Positions 26,969 through 34,700 of a stretch of 60,509 bases of DNA are shown here, piece by piece. Both the position numbers and the translations under genes were made by a program. Below the pieces are notes generated by a model. It was not told where the DNA came from. It worked only from the letters and a program-made list of their open reading frames with translations, and searched no databases. The stretch comes from a virus (taxonomy: Duplodnaviria > Caudoviricetes), in the IMG/VR virus record IMGVR_UViG_3300012200_000002, positions 1 to 60,509 of that record; one strand, written 5' to 3'. How positions within the stretch are numbered: the first letter of the stretch is position 1; every line of letters begins with the position of its first letter.

Positions 26969-27955
26969 TTAGGACGAGCTGAGGTCGCGCCCGAGCCATT
27001 TGCCCTGGGCCACTTCACGCTCGAATTCCGGTTTGATCTGGCCGCTGGAATCGAAGGCGAGGTCCTGCCACCCGCGGCCCGACGGCACGGCGGGCCCGTT
27101 GGGGCCGGCTGGCTGCGGCGAGCGCACGAGCTGGTTGCGCTTCAGGCTCTTGTTTTCAGCCTGGAGACGAGCGATGGTCTGCTGCGCCTGGGCGCTGGCT
27201 CTGGCCTCGCCGGCGGCGAGGGCCATGGCATGCACGGCACGGATGGCAGAGATCGCGTCGGGAGCAGTGTTGAGCTGGGCCATGTGTTCAGTGCCGATGC
27301 CCTCGAGCTCGCCGAGGCCCTGCCAGTTGACGCCGTACTGGCGCTGCACTTGCTTTTCGGCCTCGCGATAGATCGGGCCGGCCAGCTCGTGCCACTGGCG
27401 CATCTCGACCGCGGTCTGGCGCTCTTCGGCCGTGGCGGTCCCGTTGAGCACCCGCTCGGCGAGCTGCTCGTACACGAACTTGCCTGAAGAGTCGCGTTCG
27501 TAGCCCGAGACTTTGCCGAGTTGGGTCAGGATGTGGCGCTGAGAGGCATTGACCTGCTCCAGCTCGCGCTGGGCAGTCTGCATGATGGTCCGAGCCTCGT
27601 CCCGCTCGCGCGTACGAACCTCGAGATCAGCGGCGAAACGCGCCGCATCACGGCGCGAGAACTTCGGTGGTTCGGTGGTCTGGGCCTCCGGCGCCACTGC
27701 GGCGGGTGCTGGCTCAGGTTGCTCCGCGGGCTGCTCGCCCTGTTCCTCGAGCTCGTCGTCGTCCTCTTGACCTTCGTCGTCTGTCTCGACTTCTTGCCAG
27801 TCTGGTGCGCCCGGCGGGGTTTCAGCCTCGAGGTCGCGTTGGGCGTTCGCGGCGATCGCCGCGTGCTCCATAGCTTCGTCGAGAGCTGCCAGCGTCGGGT
27901 TAGCGTCAGGTGGTGCCGGTGAGACAGCGGCGGATGCGGGCGACTGGGGCTGCAT
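26969..27955 (-). CDS. Putative scaffolding protein
   Basis: Acidic N-terminus and coiled coil; directly upstream of the capsid gene. Confidence 0.7.
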   Translation of the reverse strand: MQPQSPASAAVSPAPPDANPTLAALDEAMEHAAIAANAQRDLEAETPPGAPDWQEVETDDEGQEDDDELEEQGEQPAEQPEPAPAAVAPEAQTTEPPKFSRRDAARFAADLEVRTRERDEARTIMQTAQRELEQVNASQRHILTQLGKVSGYERDSSGKFVYEQLAERVLNGTATAEERQTAVEMRQWHELAGPIYREAEKQVQRQYGVNWQGLGELEGIGTEHMAQLNTAPDAISAIRAVHAMALAAGEARASAQAQQTIARLQAENKSLKRNQLVRSPQPAGPNGPAVPSGRGWQDLAFDSSGQIKPEFEREVAQGKWLGRDLSSS

Positions 27956-28028
27956 ACCGAAGGACTGGCCTCAGTATGCTCACCGCCGGCACCGCGGCGG
28001 ACCCGCCTGGGCGGGTGGTATTTAGTTA

Positions 28029-28078
28029 TTGGCTGCATTGTTGGCAATGCTGTATAACTACGAGCATGAACCGCACCG
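28029..28078 (+). promoter_or_regulatory. Leaderless promoter + 5' tag, copy 7
   Basis: TTGGCT-18-TATAAC-7nt-ATGAACCGCACCG. Confidence 0.8.
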
Positions 28079-28299
28079 CCCCTTCCACTGCCAACCGCTA
28101 CGGCGCCCACCAGGGCGTGACCTACCGCTACAGCGTCCGCGCCGTGCTCTCGCCGATGGCCTTCCGCTCGCGCGCCTACCTGCCCAGCGGCGCGGCCGTG
28201 TCCGGCTTCGGCAACACCCGCGACGCCGCCGTCGTCGACATGCAGAGTCGCGTCAACCTCGTCATCGACGACCGCCTGGCGCAGGGATGGCAGCCATGA
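28066..28299 (+). CDS. Hypothetical protein (MNRT start)
   Basis: ORF begins at the tag ATG. Confidence 0.8.
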   Translation: MNRTAPSTANRYGAHQGVTYRYSVRAVLSPMAFRSRAYLPSGAAVSGFGNTRDAAVVDMQSRVNLVIDDRLAQGWQP

Positions 28300-28630
28300 G
28301 CACAACCGGCCACGCCGTCAACGAGAACGGCCGGCACGTCCTCCTCTCACCTGATCACCCGGTCTGCGCCGAGTGCGAGCGTATCCGCACCACCCTCAGC
28401 GCAGAGGGGGCAGCCATGAGCCACCGCTGGGTCTTACAGACCTCACTGCCCAACGCCTTCCAGCACATCGCCATTCGCGCCGAGACCACCTCTTCGGTCG
28501 CTCTGTGCGGCAAGCGCGCCCGCATGGGCTTTGGAACAAGCGCTGGTACAACCTCGGGCACGAGCCGTTTCCTGGGCGGCGCCTCTGCCCGGTCTGCACG
28601 CGCCTAGCGACCGGGAAGGTGGCCCAGTGA
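28296..28630 (+). pseudogene. Cys/His protein apparently frameshifted near 28530
   Basis: HIA..ALCG half and RLCPVC half lie in different frames; the second frame's stop couples to the next gene. Confidence 0.5.
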
Positions 28631-28854
28631 CCATGATCACCCACGAGCACGCCGAGTACGTCACACGCGACGAGCTGGCCGCGCGGCTGGCCGAACTGGA
28701 GCTGCGCATCGCTGATCGCATTACGACGCTCGAGCGACGGATGGACGACCACTTCCGCGCCCAGACGCGGCTCATGCTCGGCATGCTCTTTTCGATCATT
28801 GGCCTGTACGCCGCGGTCGGCATCGGCGCGTTCGTGATTGCGGTGAAGGGGTGA
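28627..28854 (+). CDS. Coiled-coil protein with C-terminal TM (DUF1640/CCDC90-like)
   Basis: YVTRDEL neck, heptads, hydrophobic tail. Confidence 0.7.
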   Translation: MTMITHEHAEYVTRDELAARLAELELRIADRITTLERRMDDHFRAQTRLMLGMLFSIIGLYAAVGIGAFVIAVKG

Positions 28855-29102
28855 CCATCGAGGAGCGCCTCGTTCGGCTCGAGCAGCGCATCGACCAGCT
28901 CGACCGCATCGAAGAAGGCCTCGAAACCGTAGCAGGCGAGCTCAAGGGCTTTCGCGCCGAGTTCACGGACTTTCGAGCCGATCAGGCTCAGATTCTGGGT
29001 CGCATCCTCGCGACGCTCGACAGCCATGACCACACACTGCGTGAAATCGCCGACGTGCTGCCTCGTCTTGGATTCCGCTGGCCATGGGAGCGACGTCCAT
29101 GA
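28851..29102 (+). CDS. Coiled-coil protein ending FRWPWERRP
   Basis: Heptads; GTGA coupling. Confidence 0.75.
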   Translation: MTIEERLVRLEQRIDQLDRIEEGLETVAGELKGFRAEFTDFRADQAQILGRILATLDSHDHTLREIADVLPRLGFRWPWERRP

Positions 29103-29314
29103 GCATCGCTTGGATGCAGCGGCTGCGCGAAGCGGGCCTAACGCAGGAGCAGGCCGAGGCCATCGCCACCATGCCGGAAGACCGCTATGTGACCAAGGAC
29201 TACCTCGACGCGCGACTGGCGCAGCTCGAGACAGGCATGACCTGGCGGTTTCTGGGCATCGCCGGCCTGCTAGTCCTGCTGGTCGGCCTGATCGACAAGT
29301 TTGTGAGGCCATGA
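29099..29314 (+). CDS. DUF1640/CCDC90-like membrane-anchored protein
   Basis: LREAGLTQEQAEAI head, YVTKDYL neck, TM segment. Confidence 0.75.
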   Translation: MSIAWMQRLREAGLTQEQAEAIATMPEDRYVTKDYLDARLAQLETGMTWRFLGIAGLLVLLVGLIDKFVRP

Positions 29315-29574
29315 CGCTCGAAAATCTGGAGCTCCGCGTCGCTCGTCTCGAAGAGCACCAGGGCCTGGCCACCAAAGCTGACCTCGCCGCGGTACGTATC
29401 GAGCTCAGCCGTGACATCGCCAATCTGGCCACCGGAATCGGCAAGGATCTGCGCGACGTCCGGCAGGACCTGGCCACCGTCCATGCCGATCTCGGCGAGA
29501 TCCACACCGACCTCGGTGAGATTCGGCGCCTGCTCGAGCGCCGCGCGTTCCGCTGGCCCTGGGAGGCGCGCTGA
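29311..29574 (+). CDS. Coiled-coil protein ending FRWPWEAR
   Basis: LATKADL neck; heptad repeats. Confidence 0.75.
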   Translation: MTLENLELRVARLEEHQGLATKADLAAVRIELSRDIANLATGIGKDLRDVRQDLATVHADLGEIHTDLGEIRRLLERRAFRWPWEAR

Positions 29575-29580
29575 GTGGTC

Positions 29581-29595
29581 GCAAGTAGCCCTTGC
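29581..29595. promoter_or_regulatory. Operator GCAAG-N5-CTTGC
   Basis: GCAAG-TAGCC-CTTGC, intergenic. Confidence 0.6.
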
Positions 29596-29726
29596 GCGCG
29601 CGTCACAAACCAGGCACTCTGAGCTTGCGCGATGTGGTCGATATCAGTGCCGTTGATGGCTCAGGCCTTGACGCGCCAAAGCCATCACGAGCTTGGCCCA
29701 GCTTCTGTGCATTATGTCGGCCAAAG

Positions 29727-30101
29727 ATGAAATGCCCCGAGGATCCGGAGGCGCTGTGTGGTCAGCCGATCGGCCAGTACCACTGCCCGGTTTGCGCTTG
29801 TATGCAGGTGGCCTGCACGCCGCACATGTGCGAACCCGAGCTGTGCTTGCTCGAGAACTGCGACTGCCTGCCCGAGGGCAGGACCAAGTCGATCAACCTG
29901 GTTGAAACCGAACACCTCGAAAAGATCGGGCAGTTGGAACGGCTGCTACGCCACCAGGCCGAACAGCTAGAAGAAGTGCTGCGGACCAACGATCAATTGC
30001 AGGCACGCCTGGCTGAGTCGGAAGCGGAAAACGATCAGTGGCAGAAGAAGCTGGCCGAGGTATGGGCCGAGGTTGCCTCGTTGAGAGAGCGGGCTGAGTA
30101 G
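29727..30101 (+). CDS. Cys-rich plus coiled-coil hypothetical protein
   Basis: Cys-rich N-terminal half; start uncertain. Confidence 0.55.
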   Translation: MKCPEDPEALCGQPIGQYHCPVCACMQVACTPHMCEPELCLLENCDCLPEGRTKSINLVETEHLEKIGQLERLLRHQAEQLEEVLRTNDQLQARLAESEAENDQWQKKLAEVWAEVASLRERAE

Positions 30102-30302
30102 GTGATCGAGCGCTACTGCGTCCGCGTCGCCGACCTGCCCAGGTTCCGGACGCTAGCTAGCGTGCCGTGCGCCGGCTGTGGCGCGCCGGTCGTCCACAAC
30201 GAGCCTGACCCCGCGGACGTGCGCTTCATCTGCATCCAGTGCCTGATCGCCGATCCCCGGCCCGACCCGTGGATGTACTTCAAGTATCAGGGGAGACACT
30301 AA
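30102..30302 (+). CDS. Small Zn-finger protein
   Basis: CAGC...CIQC. Confidence 0.6.
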   Translation: MIERYCVRVADLPRFRTLASVPCAGCGAPVVHNEPDPADVRFICIQCLIADPRPDPWMYFKYQGRH

Positions 30303-30637
30303 TGGTGTCTGGCCAAGACGACTGGTTTGCTGGGCAGCCGTATGACCAGCAGAGCTTTGCGGGCCGGCGGCCAGACGTAGACCCATCGTTCAGTGCTGTT
30401 CAGCGACTGGCCCGTGAGGCCGACGCACTCTGCGCCGAAGTCGAGGGGCTGGAATCTGAGGTTGTGGCTGAGCACGACTTGAACCGCAAAGCGATGGCCG
30501 AAATCAAGCGACTGCGGGAGGGGCTGGCCGCCGCTCTCAAACAGAACGAACGGTTTGCAGCCGAACTTACAAAGCTGCGGGCGTTGATCGACACGCACAA
30601 CGACCAGTGCCGTGAGTGCCCCGTCCTCGAAGCTTGA
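30302..30637 (+). CDS. Coiled-coil protein with HNDxCRECP tail
   Basis: GGGAG SD; TAATG coupling. Confidence 0.7.
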   Translation: MVSGQDDWFAGQPYDQQSFAGRRPDVDPSFSAVQRLAREADALCAEVEGLESEVVAEHDLNRKAMAEIKRLREGLAAALKQNERFAAELTKLRALIDTHNDQCRECPVLEA

Positions 30638-30761
30638 TAGAGGTAGAGATGGTTATGACTGACAAGCTCCGTGGACGCAGGTTCATTCTTCCTGGGCGCA
30701 GCAATCGGGATGAGTGTGCTGATTCTTGTTCAGTGGTTGGCACGGTTGATCCAGGAGTCGC

Positions 30762-30950
30762 ATGACTGAGACGCCCGGCTATGTTCGCTTCTGGGTCGAA
30801 GAGCATGGCCTAGAGGTCGCCATGCTCACGGCCAGCGACTTCCGCGCCGCCATGTCTGAGCGCGACGAACTCCGCGCCGAGGTCAAGGGGTTGCGGGCGT
30901 TGATCGACAAGCACAACGACGAATGCCGTGAGTGCCCGGTGATCGAATGA
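30762..30950 (+). CDS. Small protein with HNDxCRECP tail
   Basis: AGGAG SD. Confidence 0.7.
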   Translation: MTETPGYVRFWVEEHGLEVAMLTASDFRAAMSERDELRAEVKGLRALIDKHNDECRECPVIE

Positions 30951-31192
30951 GCTTCCCGGCTGAGGCAGATTTCCGCTACCACCGCGTCGGCAACGTGCTG
31001 CACGTCGTCACCAAGAGCGTCAACAACCATGAGATGCGGACCATTCTCATCGGCTTCTGGCTGACCCTGGACGAAGACGACCGCCGTGACCACATTGCCG
31101 AGTTGCAGCACTACCTTGAGCCGGGTAGCTCGCCGCCACCGGCCAGCGTCGAAATGGCGCAGTCGATCATCGCTGAGCGGAACAAGGCTTGA
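30947..31192 (+). CDS. Hypothetical protein
   Basis: ATGA coupling. Confidence 0.65.
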   Translation: MSFPAEADFRYHRVGNVLHVVTKSVNNHEMRTILIGFWLTLDEDDRRDHIAELQHYLEPGSSPPPASVEMAQSIIAERNKA

Positions 31193-31201
31193 CCGACATA
31201 A

Positions 31202-31477
31202 GTGCCGTTAGCCAGCAAGCCCACCCGCTATGACGAGGTAGTGCCCTGCCCCGAGTGCAGCGCACCAATCGATTCGGCGAGTCAACTCAAAGGGATGGCC
31301 AGCCCGTCGCCTGGCGACCTGACCATCTGCTTCAAGTGCGCCGCGCTACTGGTGTTCGACCAACCGCCAGCGCTGCACGCGATGACCGACGCAGAACTGG
31401 CTGCCCTGAGCGAAGACGAGTACGAGGCGCTTCGCTTCGTCAAGGAGCAACTAGAGGCGTTCAGGCGTGCTGTCTGA
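31202..31477 (+). CDS. Zn-ribbon protein
   Basis: CPEC...PSPGDLTICFKC. Confidence 0.7.
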   Translation: MPLASKPTRYDEVVPCPECSAPIDSASQLKGMASPSPGDLTICFKCAALLVFDQPPALHAMTDAELAALSEDEYEALRFVKEQLEAFRRAV

Positions 31478-31646
31478 CAAACTCACGGCGGAGCAGGAGG
31501 CTCAACTGGTACGAGTAGGCCAGTGGGTCATCGACACATGCCTGCTGTTCGGCACCCAACCCAAGACCGCCTATCTGGTCGCCGGGGCATTCGTTGAAGG
31601 CGTTGAGGCTGCCTGGCGAAAGCAGGGGCGCCCGCGGCCGGGGTGA
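31467..31646 (+). CDS. 59-aa hypothetical protein (not in ORF track)
   Basis: GAGG SD, GTG start; MLSDKLTAEQEAQLVRVGQWVIDTC... Confidence 0.5.
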   Translation: MLSDKLTAEQEAQLVRVGQWVIDTCLLFGTQPKTAYLVAGAFVEGVEAAWRKQGRPRPG

Positions 31647-31716
31647 AGAATTGCGACTCTCTGGTAGGCAGAAAGGTACTGCTCTCCTTCCGTAAAATTC
31701 CCCGGCCGCGGACAAG

Positions 31717-34700
31717 TCAGGCGGCGACGTCACTCCGCGGCGGCGTGAGCGGCAAGGTGTTGCCGGTCAGCGCCTGGAATTCAGCGGCGAGCTCGGCGCT
31801 GCGGCTCAGTCCGCCGTTGGTCTTGGCGTCGATCTTCTTGCGCTCGCGGGCCAGGACGTCGGCGTCGCGGTTGTCGCGCTGCGACAGGCGATAGGCGACC
31901 GGATCGTCGCGGCGTAGCAGCCGCTCGGCGCGATCGCGCGAGTCGTCCTTGCGCACTCCCATGGCCTCGAGGCCGCGCTGATACTCGGTCACGCGCGCCT
32001 TGGCGTCGCGCACGGCCAGGTTCTGCTGGGCGATCTCCTCGGGCGACTGGCTGCTCGAGATCCCACCGTAGTGCGGCACCTCGGTCCAGGCCAGCGCGGC
32101 CAGCTTACTGTCGCGGGCCTTGTCCGCGGCGTCCTTCTGGACCGGCGTGTTGGCCGCCTGCAGGTCCTTGTCGTACTGGGTGCTAATGCGCGTGCGCAGG
32201 TCGTCGTGGCTCAGGCTGGCCTGATACTGCTGGTTGGCCTGTGCGTCGGCCAGGCTGACCGCCTTCTGCAGCACGTCGCGCTTGAGGTTGTCGGGTGCGC
32301 TCTGGAACGACGGTGAGGCCGCGGCCGCGGGCACGATGCGATCGAGGATGGCCGCCCGATTCTGCTCGTACTGCATCTTCTCTTCTTCGGTCGGGTCCAT
32401 GCCAGCGACCTTCTTGACGCCAGGCAACGTCACCTCGTGCTCGCCCAGGACGCGTAGCGACTCGAGACCGGGCGTCCCCTCGGGGACCGCGCCAGGCGTG
32501 CGTAGTGGCAGGAGCTGCTGCAGCCCCGCGGCGGGGTTCAACTTGGGCTGCCCGAGCATGGTCGTCTGCGGGCTGAGCTCTCCACGCGTCCAGGGCAGAT
32601 TCTGCTGGAAGCCGGCCGCGATCGCCGGCAGGTAACTCAGCGGGTCGGACGGCGAGGTGCCGCTGGTGGGGATCTTGCGCGCCAGCGGGTCGTTGGCGCT
32701 GGCGAGGTTGCTCAGCCCCGCGGACAGCGGCACGTAGCCGCCGCCGGTGCCACCGATGAGCTGAGACAACGCGTACGGATCACCTTTGAGCACGTCGGCG
32801 GTGAGGCCGAGCTGCTGGATGCCTGGCGCGCCCTGGCCAAGGACGTCAAACACGTGCGTCGCGAGCTGCGCCGCGGTACCCGTCGGGTCGTCGGGATGCT
32901 CGCGCACCGCGTCGCCATAGATGCCGGCCAACTCGAACGGCGTTTTGAGCTGATCGGGCAGCCGCTGGGTGCTGTAGTACTGCCCGTTCGGCAGCAGCAC
33001 GCTCTTTGGCCGCCAGCCGCTGGCCTGCAAGTTGGCCATCGCGGTGGGGTCGGACGGTCCGTCGCCGGTGACCGTACCGTCGAGTGCTTTGGAGGCCAGG
33101 AACGACGTGATGGCTGTGCCGACGAGGTTGTGGGTCAGTCGGTCGGCCAATGGCGTGACCGCCTCACCGGTGCGCGAGAAGCGGCCTGGTTGCGGCGCAG
33201 TCGGCGTCCATGGGCCCGTGTTGGTCAGCCACTGCATGCGCTGTGGCGAGCCAGGTGGCGGTGGCGGCGGCATCCGCGGCGGAACTCGGCGTGCGTACGG
33301 ACCGAGGCCAACCTCGCCGCGGGCGACGTCGAAGGCCGTGCCGGCCAGTCCCAGCGGCGAGGCCTCGACGCCACGCGCGAAGCCGCGCGCACCGATCGAG
33401 AAAACCGGCAGCAGAAAGTTCGAGAGCGCGCCCAGCGCCGGCGTGTCGCGGATGTGGCTCAGCGCACGCTCGATCGCCGCCTGGCCGGTGCCAGCGGGCT
33501 GACGCAGCCCGGCGCGGTTGGCCAGGTCCTCAGCGCGCGCGACCGCCTCGGGCGGCAGTTTGCTCGGGTCAGCGATCAGGCTGGCGATGTCGCCGAGGCC
33601 CTGGATGCCGCGGCCTTTGAGCGACGCGACGTGCTCGCCCGCGGCGGCGCCGAGCTCCATGCGCCGCACCATCTGCGCCGAAACGTTTTGCATGCCGGCG
33701 TGCAGCCCGCCGCCCATGGCGTGCGTCGCGCCCAGGTAGGCGTCCACGAGCGGGTTGCCTGACCAAGTGTTGCCACCAGCCGAGCTGAAGCCGCTCAGGA
33801 AGTCGCGGCCCATCTCGGGCAGCGAGTGCAGTGTGCCGACCGTACGGCCCATGGCCCGGTCAAGGTTGAGCGTCAGCAGGTCGCGCCCGGTCTGGGTCCC
33901 GTAATTCCAGGCCGGTGAGAAGGCGCTATGCATGGCCACCTTGGCCGCGGTGGCCGGGCCCATGACCACGTTGCCCGAGTGGTACGCATTGACCAGCCTC
34001 GAGATCCCAGCGGTTGTGCCCGCGGCCCTGGCCACCTGGCCAGCCTGGACACCATGCAGCGCGCCCGCGGCACCCGTCTCGCCCAGGATCGAGCCGACGA
34101 CCGTGCGTACTGCACGTTCTTTCCAGTCGGTGTCCTCGGGCGTGGTCTCGTAGCCGGTTGCGCCGCCGGCCAGTGCGCCGCCCAGGTGCAGCGCCATCGG
34201 GAGCTGGATCTGGCCACCCTGGCGCCCACTGGTCGCGTTACGGATCTTGTCGAGCGCCTCGGGGAAGATGACGTGTGCGGTGTGCTCGATCGGTGCGCCG
34301 GTGGCATCGGTCATCGGTACCCGCTTGCCGCCGGCGTAGGTGATGCCATCGTAGCCAGCGTCGCGGAGCACCTTTTGTGGATCCGCTACCAGTTGCTCCA
34401 AGTGGCGGTAGAGCTCATCGCCGGTGGCGTTGTCTCGACCCAGCACCTGCGCCCGCAGCATCGGGTTGGTGTTCTCGGCCGGCAGCGCCGAGTTGATGAG
34501 TGCCTGCCTGGCGCCAGGTGGCAGCCGGTCCGCGATCGCATGCACGGCATCGGGTTGCATGCGCGCGTCGGCATCGAACAGGTTCATGTCTTGCGGCACG
34601 TCGACCGCGCGCACGTTGGGACCTGACGGCGAACGCATCCTAGCGAGCTGCTGCTCATAGATCGCCGCGGCCTGCTCCTGCGCATCTGCGTAGCCGCTTG

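Noticed and set aside
8274-28065. Longer ORF-track starts for tagged genes (8274, 8919, 10910, 12058, 13823, 27910)
   Set aside because: The extensions run through promoters or upstream genes; the aligned tag ATG is the better start.
31478-31716. Possible structured RNA in an apparent gap
   Set aside because: A plausible 59-aa ORF (31467..31646) fills most of it.
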